This document shows, in pieces, positions 1 through 12,356 of a stretch of DNA of 64,000 bases. This DNA comes from Octopus sinensis. Lineage: Eukaryota. A program made the position numbers and the translations under genes. The stretch spans positions 24,242,001 through 24,306,000 of the forward strand of contig NC_043013.1 in NCBI RefSeq assembly GCF_006345805.1, given 5' to 3'. Below the pieces are notes generated by a model, which worked only from the letters and a program-made list of their open reading frames with translations, was not told the origin of the DNA and ran no database searches. Within the stretch, counting starts at the first letter, position 1. The number at the start of each line of letters is the position of its first letter.

Positions 1-1227
1 GCTTGATTTAGCTTTGGTGTGATCAGAGCCATTATAGACTCAGACTGCTTCTATAGTAGTTATAAGAAATATCAACTGATATCTGAAATCTCATGTAGCA
101 TTGGTAAAACTACATGAAGAAAATTATGCCACATGCCATAAAGCATATCAATTAATGTATCCTGTGGAGTGTATCACATGAAAGTTGCTTTGGATCAAGG
201 TTTTGTATAGTAATTGGCGTAGGAGTGGCTGTGTGGTAAGTAGCTTGCTAACCAACCACATGGTTCCGGGTTCAGTCCCACTGCGTGGCATCTTGGGCAA
301 GTGTCTTCTGCTATAGCCCCGGGCCGACCAAAGAGTAATTGCTTTATAGAATTATGGACTATAAGGTTAGATAATTTTTCTCAACAGAATTGAAGTTGGG
401 TATTACAACAAATGCAACAGACTCAGGGTAATAAGAGAGAAAGGTTAAGCTGAATAGAATTGAATCTGTAGTAAGAGAAAGTCAGAAAACATTGTGCAGC
501 AGTAGAGAGTCAAATGAGATTCAGTTAACAGGGGTTAGATTAAATTCAGTAAGAATGAATTAGAAGACACTCAACATGAGTGGAGTGGAGAGTTATATAA
601 GACACTCATTATGAGTGGAGAGTTAGATGAGACTGAATGGAGGGTTAGATTAAGAGAGGAGGAAGTATGTGAACTAAAGTAATGAGAGGAGAGAACGGGG
701 ACAGTACATTGGTCTTAATGAGAGTGGAGGACAAGACTTAATATAACTGTGGTGAATGAGTAAACAAATTGAATAGATGAGGAATGGAATGTAAGAGTAT
801 CTCTGGTGGAAATGAGGGAATAAAAGTGGAAGATTAAATGAGAGCGAGAAGAAAACTGAAGTGAACTATAGGAAGACATCAATAAAACCAAATATGGAAG
901 CATAATATTAAACTTGTTAGAACTGAAATTATGGATAAGAAGTATTGCAATAGATTGAACTTACCAAAAATAATAATGGAAAGGAATGTTAAGAGAAATT
1001 TGTGAGTTGAACAAACAAGCAAGCCATTAGGTGGTCACTAGCTCTGCTAGAAATAACAACCAATTCTCCTTCAAATCATCATATCTAACCTTATTAAATA
1101 AGGAAAGAATATTAGATAATGTAGTGTAACATATTCCCCAAACGAATATAGTCACAATTGGACTACTTTTGGTAACAGGTCTGCTTGAAACAGAGCTGAT
1201 CTGAGGCAAAAACAATTTTGACATTCA

Positions 1228-1384
1228 TTATTGCAGATGTTCAGCAAGCTGGTATTTGATACCCATTAATTTAAATACAAACACTGATATTTTCTCATAC
1301 AGTAGAAAGGTAATGGCACCACTAAGAAAGCTCTGAAGTAGTCTGGCTTCAAATCCACTGTACAGTGACGAGAATCCTCCAAAT
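1228..1384 (-). CDS. SLC25A17: SLC25A17 exon 9, last coding exon (FGGFSSLYSGFEARLLQSFLSGAITFLLYEKISVFVFKLMGIKYQLAEHLQ*)
   Basis: Acceptor ttctttacag, TAA at 1230-1228. Resembles human [31 protein letters not shown]. Nine exons total 939 nt = 312 aa + stop. Confidence 0.94.
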
Positions 1385-1843
1385 CTGTAAAGAAACAACA
1401 TTTTGGGGGGATAAATCATACTGATTACCATAACAATATGCAATGCAGTATAGTATATCGAATAGGGTGTGTGGTCGAGTGGTTAGGGTGTTGCATTTAT
1501 GATTGTAAGATTGTGGTTCTGATACCCAGAATAGGCAGTGTGATGTGTTCTTGAGCAAACCACTTCATTTCATATTGCTCTGTGATCACTTTGACATCTG
1601 ATTTGTGGCACACCTGTACAGGTAATGTTGATTTGATGGAAAGCAGGAGTTAATGTACAGCACAAACATTTATAAACAAATCATTTGTGCAGGTTGTTCA
1701 GCAATAAATTGCAAAATTGCCTTCCTTGGACTCAAGAGACCACCAACAACAATATATAGTCTCTCTCTCTCTCTCTTTCTACAGATATATATATATAAGT
1801 TTAAATATTATATATATATATATATATATATAAGTTTAAATAT

Positions 1844-1895
<52 letters not shown>

Positions 1896-1947
1896 TTTAA
1901 ATATTTGTTGTGCAAGATTTTTTATGTGAAGTCGTGTGTTGAAACAG

Positions 1948-2227
1948 ATATTGTTATATTTCGGAATAGTCATATTGCCAGTTTAGCCATAAAAACACAC
2001 GCACTATATATTTGGTGTTATTTTGCTTCAGTGTTATTTATTTATTATATTAATCTTAATCTTATTTCGGCCAGAGTTCTTTCGTGTGACGAAAGAACTC
2101 TGGCCGAAATAAGATTAAGATTAATATAATAAATAAATAACACTGAAGCAAAATAACACCAAATATATAGTGCGTGTGTTTTTATTGGCTAAACTGGCAA
2201 TATGACCATTCCGAAATATAACAATAT
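1948..2227. repeat. Near-perfect 280-bp palindrome (3-nt loop)
   Basis: Arms ...GGCCAGAGTTCTTTCGT-GTG-ACGAAAGAACTCTGGCC...; only about 2 differences between arms. Confidence 0.95.
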
Positions 2228-2244
2228 ATATATATATATATATA

Positions 2245-3097
2245 CAGGGTGCAATGAATAAACTGTCTAAATTATGCAAAAATTAAAATAACACTGACAT
2301 CTCATTTTAATAGATATATTTACCTAAATTGCATAAAGATATCTTGAAATACTAAAGAGCAAATTTATTCAATAAAATCACTATTGGCTTCAACCGTGGC
2401 CTCCAGACGACTTCAGAATCTCCTTCAACTCTTCTAGAGCGTCTCCTTGTTTCAGTTGGTGAATGCTGCCATGTTCCTTGCCTTCAGTTCATCTTTGGTG
2501 TTACAAAGTGTTTTGTTGGTCTCTCACTCGACTGTGCCCCACTCATAATAATCAAGGGGGCTTGTAATCTGGGGGGTTAGGTGGCCAGATTTTAGGAGTG
2601 ATGTAGTCGCAGAAATTGTTTAGGTTCTCCTGCTTGTGTGGCATGGTGCAGAGTCCTGTTGCCAGACATAGCGTCTTCCAGCAGCTACCCTCTTGACTCA
2701 GGGCAGCACTACCTCCTCTAAGCACTTGATGTAGGCCTTTGTGTTGAGTCTGAGTCCATGTGGGAAGGTAAATGGAGGTATAACATCACCAACACTTGTG
2801 ATCACTCCAAATACCATGATGTTGACTGGATGTTTGATTTTTATCACTCTCAGTACATGTCCTCAGATTGACATCCAAACACTTTGAAATGTTCCTATTG
2901 GAGCTTCCAGTACAAATGCCAAGCAGTACAATATGTCGTTTCCAAATTTCTGGCAGAGTGAATTGTGTCATGGTACTGTTTTTCTCACAGATGGTGCCTA
3001 ACTGATCTTACTATATTGTGTAGTTAACAAAATCAAAAACAATTTACTAGTATGAAATTAAAATATAGAATGGCAATAATTCACCCATCACACCCTG
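2245..3097 (-). mobile_element. Tc1/mariner remnant
   Basis: TA-flanked CAGGGTG...CACCCTG termini; minus-strand WPPNPPDY..PLDY motif. Confidence 0.82.
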
Positions 3098-3128
<31 letters not shown>

Positions 3129-3132
3129 GTAC

Positions 3133-3167
<35 letters not shown>

Positions 3168-3340
3168 TAATCCAAACAAGAAAACAAAAAAACACAACAA
3201 CGCAAGGACGTGGAACAAATAAAGTATTATTGGATGCTCAGGAAAGAAGGGAAGCTCTTCGTCGGAAACATAGAAGAAGGAAAGATCCCGAGAAGGGAAG
3301 ACAGAGGAAAAAAAATCGCCGGTGGTACTCACGAGGTCAC

Positions 3341-3382
<42 letters not shown>

Positions 3383-3384
<2 letters not shown>

Positions 3385-3682
3385 AGGCGCAGTGGCCCAG
3401 TGGTTAGGGCAGTGGACTTGCGGTTGTAGGATCGCAGTTTCGATTCCCAGACCAGGCGTTGTGAGTGTTTATTAAGCAAAAACACCTAAAGCTCCACGAG
3501 GTTCTGGCAACGGGTGGTGGCGATCCCTGCTGTACTTTTTCACCACAACTTTCTCTTACTCTTTCTTTTATTGGCCAGCTCATTTACCCAGCGGGGTGGC
3601 GTCATTTAAAGGCTAAAACAATGTGAAGCACATTGTGACCAGCGATGTGTAGCAACATCTGATAGCATGGTCGGTCATGTGA
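3383..3682 (+). mobile_element. tRNA-derived SINE family C
   Basis: GGAGGCGCAGTGGCCCAGTGGTTAGGGC...TTCGATTCCC head; the 3' end recurs near 22325-22436 and 58081-58148. Confidence 0.75.
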
Positions 3683-3689
3683 TATATAT

Positions 3690-3752
<63 letters not shown>

Positions 3753-4492
3753 TATATACATATATATATGTATGGAGAGAGAGAGGGGGGGGGAGAGAAA
3801 TTAAATTAAGGTCATACGTTATTTAAAATCCTGACAATTGTTTCACCACACCCTTACACCTGTAGTACAGAGGTGAGATGTTGTGTAATCATTATCTTAC
3901 ACCCAAGACACAAAATGTACCTCCTTAAGTGATTGTTTAAATACGGTCTTCATTAGATCCTCTTGCTGTTTCATTCAGTGCGATAATGTATGTCCAGAAT
4001 GATGTGTTGCTCCCAGCAGTTTATAGAAAAAAATAGACTCATAGACATGCTACTACTACTACCACTAGAGGCACTCTGTTGGTTACGACGATAAGAGTTC
4101 CACTTGATTTGATCAATGGAACAGCCTGTTCATGAAATTATCAAGTTTTATAATTTGCTTAGCATAGGAGCAAGGATTAAACAACTGTAAACTGCAAATT
4201 TCTATGTGTAGTAACAGAAGCACAACCAACAGCAGAACATCTGAGAAAGGCTAACAACATCAACCATAACCCTGTAGCGAAGGATTCAACTATGTGTTCC
4301 CATTTATTTTAATTGCAATGTATAGAAAAAAATAGACAAGTTCACATAAAACTCGTGCATGCCATGTGGCTGGCAGTTTATAATTATTTAAACAAATTCA
4401 CAGTATTTGTTATATATTGGTTTAGGAGCTCAATACATGACAGAAATTAACATGCAAATGGCTGAGCACTCCACAGACACACATACCCTTAA

Positions 4493-4712
4493 CCCTTTAG
4501 CATTTAAACCGGCCATATCCGGCCAAAAGTATTCTGCCTGTTTTATGTTCAAACTGGCTAGATCTGGTCTCTCACACCAACCCCACAATATCATTTTAAA
4601 ATTAACAGCTACCTCATTAAAATCTCATAGCTACAAGATAATGCATGATTAGTTCAAAACAATGTGGATAAAAGACGATTAATTTTGGCAGAATAATGCG
4701 AACACTAAAGGG
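4493..4712. mobile_element. piggyBac-type MITE nested in a SINE
   Basis: TTAA-CCCTTTAG...CTAAAGGG-TTAA. Confidence 0.8.
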
Positions 4713-5375
4713 TTAATGTAGTTCTGAGGGAGATTCAGTGTGACACAGAATGTGACAAGGCAGGCCCTTTGAAATACAGGTATGGCTCATTTTTGATAGC
4801 TGAGTAGACTGGAGCAATGTGAAAAAAGTGTCTTGCTCAAGGACACAGCGCATTGCCAGGAATTGAACTCATGACCTTACGGTCGTGAGCTGAATACCTT
4901 AAACATTATGCCATGTGTCTTCATCATAGATATAGTGAGAGACAAGATACAATTATAATCAAAATACAAAATACATTGATAAAAAATAGAGAAGTGAAAA
5001 GAGCCAGGTCGGCTATAAATGAACATTCCATCTTAATGATCAAATTTTACAAGGAAGAAAGTATGAAACAGACTAAATAATAAAATGAAGAATAAAATAA
5101 AATGTTTCAAATGATAAGAAGGTTAAGGCTGACCCTTCCAGTTCATATCAAGTGTTTCTTTGTCTCTTTTAAGGATTCAAATTATCTTCCTGTACCCATA
5201 ATAATACAAATGCCCCATCTCAGAACTAGAATGAATCTCTGGTTAAAGTCAATTTATTACTACCTAGTTTTTATGTCTTTTGAAATGATAAAAAACAGAT
5301 GAATCAGTAGGTATCCTTATCTGTCCTGCACACACGTTGTACCTACAACCACCTACAACATAGTGTACTTTGTTT

Positions 5376-5409
<34 letters not shown>

Positions 5410-5740
5410 TCCACCTATACATACACACATACAGACTTCTTAGTAATTATTCTTAAAGAGAGAAATAAAAGAAAGCAAAATAAGAATAGAAAATTTTTAA
5501 ATTACATGGATATATTTATTTGTATATATACACATATGTACATCTCTTACATTCACATTCACAAAATGATGGTCACTCCTGTTGATTTTGATGCATGAGT
5601 GTTTGATGTCAGATCTTTCTATTATTTGACACAACATCCAAATAGGGATTTGGGAATCTGGGATTGTTGTCTGCGAGACCAGAAAAGTATTTACAAGACT
5701 GCAAATGATTTGCAGAAAACTTTCAAGGGAAGTCATAATG

Positions 5741-5970
5741 GGTATTACTTGAGAACAGTGGTCCCGGTGCGCGCACTCGCGCAAGCTAGTCATGACTTTG
5801 TGTTTCTGTGTTATTACTTTGTGTTTCTGTGTTATTTACTTTGTTTAAAAAATTATTTACTTTGTGTTTTATTTACTTTGCTAGGTAGTCTTTGTAGGAT
5901 CGACTAGTCACGATTAGCTAGCGCTGATGCGCGAGTGCGCGCACCGTGACCACTGTTCTCAAGTAGTACC
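5741..5970. mobile_element. MITE with about 43-bp TIRs (Merlin- or Mutator-like)
   Basis: GGTATTACTTGAGAACAGTGGTC...GACCACTGTTCTCAAGTAGTACC; flanks gtcataatg / atcataatg (8 of 9 TSD match). Confidence 0.8.
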
Positions 5971-6044
5971 ATCATAATGAACATTTGATAAGACAGAGCC
6001 AGCCCTAAGACTTTTCTTCGTCCTTGGGCAGATATTCTCCTTAC

Positions 6045-6103
6045 CTGATCATATGAAGTAACACTTTCCATGTTGTTTGGTTTTCTTTTCTTTCAAGACC
6101 ACA
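6045..6103 (-). CDS. SLC25A17: SLC25A17 exon 8 (CGLERKENQTTWKVLLHMIR)
   Basis: Acceptor gttgtag, donor GTAAG, 59 nt. Bridges the phase 0 end of exon 7 to the phase 2 start of exon 9. Confidence 0.85.
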
Positions 6104-6699
6104 CTACAACGATAATGAGTTTCATTTCAGATAATTGCAATATAAGATCCAACATTGGTAAAAATCAATCAAGTCCCAAATATAGAATGGAGAAGACAAA
6201 CTTGAATTTAATAACGAAATATTTCAAAAGCAGTAAATAAAGCCAGAAAGATATAATTTTCTCAGATTAATTAACTTCATCAGATCTTTTTGTTTTGAAT
6301 TCCCAAAATGCTTGAAATTTCAGACGAAATATATACAAAGTTTAAAACTTTTTAGTTACCTAGAAATTGTGTTACAAAGTGCCGTTCAAAAGGAAAAGAT
6401 CCACTTCATCTTTAGATATAGAAAATACTTTGGATATTTACAACATAAATTTTATCATTTAGCCAGAAAGAGAGTAATGCTTGTTACCTTAATAGTGTGG
6501 GGTACAGGCGGAATTCCAGAACCAGAGAAAGAAAAGAAGATATTCTCAAAAAAACCACAGTTAGAATTGGATTAACTCATTCAGCAAAATAAGCAGATGC
6601 TTAGGGCACCAAGGGATGTCATCCATCACAGATACCCAGCAACAGGGTGGGGGGGGACAAAAAAACTATAGTGTTAAGAGTTCCATTCATAGGAAACGG

Positions 6700-7258
6700 C
6701 TAAAATTGCCAAGAAGGCTGAGGGTGTCTTGGCATCACTTACCAAGTCCTCTGTGAGCTGCTTTCCGGCTATATTCTGAATGCCTTACTTCCCTGGGCAT
6801 GGATACATTGAAACTCCAACGTCTGGCAACTGACTTGGCAGACACCCATAAAATTATTAACCATCTTACAAACAATAACTCTGAGCACCTTTTCTAACTC
6901 CACCTGTCTAACACCCGTGGACATATTTACAAAGTCAGAAAGGAGCACAGCTCCCATGACTTTCAGAAGCATTTTTTCCCGCTAAGAGTTGCTGAAGTAT
7001 GAAACAAACTGCCGGCATCAGTTGTTAGTTGTCGGAGCACTGAATCCTTCAAAACTTCCATGCTTCCTGAGATTCGCCAACACTACACCTGATTTTCTCC
7101 CTTCCATACACACGCAAGCATGTATCTGACTCATACACTGTTCAATTCCCAGACATTTGTACATTACTGCATATTCTCTATACGCACTTTTGACAAGTTG
7201 TAGTGCACCTCAGCACTGTATACAATAATTTCATTATTATTATTATTATTATTATTAT
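6700..7258 (+). mobile_element. CR1/L2-type LINE 3' end fragment
   Basis: KHFFPLRVAEV*NKLPASVV C-terminal motif followed by an (ATT)n tail. Confidence 0.7.
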
Positions 7259-7399
7259 CAAGAGGTGCTATCAACAAAAAATGAAGACCAATCCAAGTTT
7301 AACACAAAACATTTCTTATTTACTTCAAAAATATGGAAGTTCTACACTTTGAAGATTATTGACAAAAAATAATTCTGAGGAATCAAATGATATACTAAC

Positions 7400-7498
7400 T
7401 CTGAGTTTGGATTCAACAACTTGAAGAGGATAAGTGATACAGTTGGAAATTATTTTCGAGAAAGCTCCCAGAAAGAAATACACAGCACCATTAAGTTC
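7400..7498 (-). CDS. SLC25A17: SLC25A17 exon 7 (ELNGAVYFFLGAFSKIISNCITYPLQVVESKLR)
   Basis: Acceptor tttcttaacag, donor GTTAGT, 99 nt. GA..K and TYPLQ motifs. Confidence 0.93.
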
Positions 7499-7676
7499 CT
7501 GTTAAGAAATAAATAAATAAAGAGGGAGCCATAAGGATGAATATTGAAGATTCAAAACAATTGAAATAAAATTTTGTTATTTCCACACAATGATTTCCAT
7601 TTCAGAATTTATTCTGAGATTAATAAATCTGTAGTCATCTTCTTAAATATAAGATCCTTTCTTATGTATTGCAAAA

Positions 7677-8012
7677 AAGATCAGCAATTTTGAAAGGAGA
7701 GGAGTCTGTTGCTTACATAATCCCCAGTATTTCACTGGTACTTTAGTATTTTAGTGGCACCAGAAGGATGAAAGAAAACAAAGTTGACCTCAGAGAAATT
7801 TAATCTCAGAATGTAAAGAGCCAGTTCATTGTTCTTAATCCTCCTCCTCCAAGATCAGCAATTTTGAAAGGAGAGGAGTCTGTTGTTTACATAATCCCCA
7901 GTATTTCACTGGTACTTTAGTATTTTAGTGGCACCAGAAGGATGAAAGAAAACAAAGTTGACCTCAGAGAAATTTAATCTCAGAATGTAAAGAGCCAGTT
8001 CATTGTTCTTAA
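7677..8012. repeat. 174-bp tandem duplication of a decayed SINE segment
   Basis: AAGATCAGCAATTTTGAAAGG starts at 7677 and 7851; copies are nearly identical. Confidence 0.92.
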
Positions 8013-8038
8013 TTTTCCTCCTCCTCCTCCTCCTCCTC

Positions 8039-8086
<48 letters not shown>

Positions 8087-8380
8087 ATAATAATAATAAT
8101 AATAATCCTTTCTACTCTTAGGCATAAGACCTAAAGTTTTGTGGAAAGAGACTGGTCGATTAAATTGACCTCAGTGTGCAACTGGTACCTATTTTATCAA
8201 CCCTGAAAGGATGAAAGGCAAAGTCAACCTCAGTGTAATTTGAACTCAGAACACACAAAAACAGATGAAATACTGCAAAAAATTTTGTCTGACATGCTAA
8301 CAATTCTACCAGCTCACCACATTAATAATAATAATATTAATAATATTAATGATGATGATGACGACAATAATAATAATAAT

Positions 8381-8435
<55 letters not shown>

Positions 8436-8722
8436 TAATAATCCTTTCTATTTTAAGTACAAGGCTTGAAATCTTGGGGAAGACTGCCTTTTATCTTTTT
8501 GGGGTTGATACAATAGTACCAGTTGTGCACTGGGGTCAATGTAATTGACTTGCTTCCTACCCCCAAATTTCAGGCTTTGTGACAAAATTTAAAACCATTA
8601 TTATTAACAGCAAATAAACAATAAGAAAAAAATATACAGATAAATGAAATCAAAAAAATATATGCAAAACAGTCTAATTTTTTATAAGTAGTTTACTCAG
8701 TTTATCATTGCAGAATGCAAAC

Positions 8723-8871
8723 CTGTTTTCCTGAAGCATGTTGAAGATATCTTTTGGGAGTTTCATAAAAAAGACACTGGATGGCAGGGTTTGAGGCTAA
8801 AACAAAAGATGCTAGGCTTCCATTCCACAAATTAAGAAAACCGTCTCTCTTGATAACATCATGGATGACAT
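8723..8871 (-). CDS. SLC25A17: SLC25A17 exon 6 (DVIHDVIKRDGFLNLWNGSLASFVLASNPAIQCLFYETPKRYLQHASGKQ)
   Basis: Acceptor tttttgcag, donor GTTTGC, 149 nt. LWNG and NPAIQ..FYE motifs. Confidence 0.94.
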
Positions 8872-8939
8872 CTGCAAAAAGAGAGTTAAAAAAATAACGT
8901 ATTCAACAAAGAAGCTAAATGTAAATAAACTTATAATTA

Positions 8940-11104
8940 GCAATGACAGTTCTTTAGTAGTTAAGGCAATTAGAAGCATGAAGACAGGGAAAGCCCTAGG
9001 CCCATCAGGAATTACTGCAGAGATGCTCAAAATATCTGGCAGTGTCGGCTATAGCCTAGTCACCCGTATAGTTAACCAGGTGATACACGAAGGAGTCATA
9101 CCCAATGACTGGTATAGCAGTATAATAGTCAACTGCTACAAAGGTAAAGGTGATGCCCTAGATACAAATAATTACAGAGCTATCAAGCTGTTGGATCAGG
9201 TAATGAAGGTTACGGAGAGGGTCATAGCCCAACTGATAAGGGAGAGAGTCAACTTGGACGAGATACAATTTGGTTTCATGCCAGGGAAAAGCACCACTGA
9301 TGCCATATTTCTGGTGAGACAGCTGCAGGAGAAATACCTAGCCAAAGATAAACCTCTGTACCTGGCTTTCGTTGACATGGAGAAAGCCTTTGACAGTGTC
9401 CCCCGATCCCTTATCTGGTGGTCAATGAGGAAACTAGGGATAGATGAATGGCTAGTGAGAGTTGTGCGAGCCATGTACAGGGATGCTGTTAGTAAGGTGA
9501 GGGTTGGCAACGAGTACAGTGAAGGTATTCCGGGTAGAGGTAGGGGTCCACCAAGGTTCAGTCCTCAGCCCCCTCCTATTTATCATAGTCCTCCAGGCAA
9601 TAACGGAGGAATTCAAGACAGGATGCCCCTGGGAGCTCCTCTATGCTGATGACCTTGCTCTAATTGCTGAGTCACTATCAGAACTGGAGGAGAGGGTTCA
9701 GGTGTGGAAGCAAGGATTGGAATCGAAGGGCCTTAGAGTCAACCTAGCTAAAACCAAAGTCCTAATAAGTAGGAAGGTAGACAAATCACAAACGCCTTCA
9801 GGTAGATGGCCCTGCTCGATCTGTAGAAAAAGCGTAGGTAGAAACTCTCTAAGATGCACCAAGTGTAAGCTATGGACACATAAGAGGTGCAGCAATGTCA
9901 AAAGAAGGCTAACTAGGAAGATAGTTTTTGTATGTGGCAGATGCTCAGGAGCAATAAACACTGAAAATGCACAGAGACCAACTTCTGCCACATTCCAGGG
10001 AGAAAAACTAGAAATAGTTGATAGCTTCCGTTACCAAGGTGACCAAGTCAATAGCGGGGGCGGGTGTGCTGAAAGTGTAATTGCTAGAGTAAGAATAGCC
10101 TGGGCAAAGTTCAGAGAGCTCTTACCTCTGCTGGTGACAAAAGGCCTCTCGCTCAGAGTAAAAGGTAGACTGTATGACGCATGTGTACGAACAGCCATGC
10201 TACATGGCAGTGAAACATGGGCCGTGACTGCTGAGGATATGCGTAAGCTCGAAAGAAATGAAGCCAGTATGCTCCGATGGATGTGTAATGTCAGTGTTCA
10301 TACTTGACAGAGTGTAAGTACCTTGAGAGAAAAGTTGGACCTAAGAAGCATCAGTTGCGGTGTGCAAGAGAGACGTTTGCGCTGGTATGGTCATGTGGCG
10401 AGAATGGATGAAGATAGTTGTGTGAAAAAGTGCCACACCCTAGCGGTTGAGGGAACCTGTGGAAGAGGTGGACCCAGGAAAATCTGGGATGAGGTGGTGA
10501 AGCACGACCTTCGAACTTTAGGTCTCACCGAGGAAATGACTAGAGACCGAGACCTTTGGAAGTATGCTGTGCGTGAGAAGACCTGGCAGGACAAATGAGA
10601 CCATAACCCGTGGCCTCTACCTGGGATGTAGCCAGTCCACTTATGCATACCTTTCCTTCTTGGACACAAAACTCTACTTGTGAAGACCTGTGGAGTCAAG
10701 TGAAAATCAAAAATCAAAATCGTAATCGTAATCAATCAACATCAATGGAAATTGTAGCTGTGATACCAGACTTGGGGGCACATAAGAGAACCATCCGAAC
10801 GTGGCCATAGCCAGCGCCGCCCTGACTGGCCTCTGTGCCAGTGGCACATAAAAAGCACCATCCGATCGTGGCCATTGCCAGCCTCATCTGGCCCCTGTGC
10901 CGGTCGCAAGTAAAAAGCACCCACTACACTCTCGGAATGGTTGGTGTTAGGAAGGGCATCCAGCTGTAGAAACACTGCCAGATCAGACTGGGCCTGGTGC
11001 AGCCTTCTGGCTTCCCAGACCCCAGTTAAACTGCCCAACCCATGCTAGCATGGAAAGCAGGCATTAAACGATGATGAAGATGATGATGATGATGATGATG
11101 ATGA
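8940..11104 (+). mobile_element. 5'-truncated RTE-clade LINE (RT + PHD-like Cys cluster), antisense in SLC25A17 intron 5
   Basis: RT motifs K..GPSG, QFGF..GKSTTDA, FVDMEKAFD, GVHQGSVLSP, LLYADD. One frameshift near 9525 and one stop at 10305. (GAT)n tail. Confidence 0.93.
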
Positions 11105-11847
11105 GTCTAACAACAACAACAACAGCAACAGCAGCAGCCACTGCCGCCACCACCACCATAATCATCGTCCTCTTCATTTTAATACCTATTTTTCCATACT
11201 GGCAAAGGTGAAACTTATTGAGGCACATCTTCTGTAGCTGGATCCTCTTCTTATCACCAACCCTTGTTTTTCTTAGTAAGGCAGTATTTCTCCTTGTCCT
11301 TTGAAGAGCAAACAGCTCAATGGCCAAACATATTTTTGCCCTATAGATGGGGACATTGTTTTTATGCAGCACGCAAACAGCATCAAATTTATAGGAGGTC
11401 TCTCACACACACACACACACACGCGCACATACATATGTGTATAGTGAGCTTCCTACAGTTTTCATCCAGCACTTCTACTTATGAAGGATAGGTTGGTTTG
11501 AGCCTATATTAGAAGATCCCTGCTCATAGACTTATACAACAGGAACAAACTCAGACCTTTGTGGCTGCAAACTTATCAACCGCACGACCATGTTCCATAC
11601 TTTGAAATACTAAATTTACATCCAAAATAAATGACTATTTTGAAATGCTAAATGTGACTTAATTCTTATCCTAACTGATATATCCATATTTCGGAATATT
11701 AAATCCAAATAAACACTCAGATTTTGAAATGTTACTTAGAAGTTTTAACTGTAATATCCAAACTTCAGATCTGTAAGATTATAAGGTCAACAATACATCT
11801 GCCTTTGCTAAGGCGGAGGTAAAAGTTAGGTTTGTTAAAATAATTAC

Positions 11848-11976
11848 CCAAAATGCCAGTATACAGTTGTTTCTGTTTGTTATATTTAAATTTTGGGCTA
11901 TCAAGTTTTACTCCTTGCATCCTTAATCGGGTTGAAGCACTCCAGAAAGGTGTAGTTATCAGCACATTGACTACAG
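11848..11976 (-). CDS. SLC25A17: SLC25A17 exon 5 (AVVNVLITTPFWSASTRLRMQGVKLDSPKFKYNKQKQLYTGIL)
   Basis: Acceptor cttttcag, donor GTAATT, 129 nt. VNVL.TTP.W...TRL..QG is diagnostic of PMP34/ANT1-type peroxisomal carriers (W at the second signature motif). Confidence 0.95.
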
Positions 11977-12356
11977 CTGAAAAGAAAAAAAGAATAAATT
12001 AATTTTTAAATAACGGAGTTATTTAAAAAAAGAATTCTTTTCATTAAATCAATATCTTTATATTGACAATAGCAGATTTACTTTAAAATTTGAAAAATTG
12101 ATTTTAAAGGTAATATTAAGAAAAAATTTGGGATGATCAAAAATAGAATTGAGGGCTTCTAAGTGAGACCCAAGTGAGGAATTAAATATGGAATGAAATG
12201 AGAGTGTGATCTTTAACAGTTCAATGACAGTACTGGTGTTGTTTAGCCCCAGTTTAATCCTAATTAAGTAAGACTAATGATTAAAGATTGTGACCATTAT
12301 ATTTTTTGAGTTTTTAAAAAAATTTTTCAGATTTGGACTATCTTATTTTACATCTT

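Noticed and set aside
1653-2129. 158-aa ORF and similar YIYI/HTHT/CVCV ORFs throughout the window
   Set aside because: These are translations of dinucleotide microsatellites and repeats.
3250-3275. Hammerhead-like CCGACGAAGAGC on the minus strand
   Set aside because: The GAAA half and stem III are missing; at most a deleted relic of a PLE-type repeat.
3383-3455. tRNA gene
   Set aside because: The tRNA-like head continues into a SINE body that recurs elsewhere; no clean cloverleaf or terminator.
8861-9649. 262-aa ORF as a host gene
   Set aside because: It is a truncated RTE RT frame that extends by chance into intron sequence and the antisense strand of exon 6.
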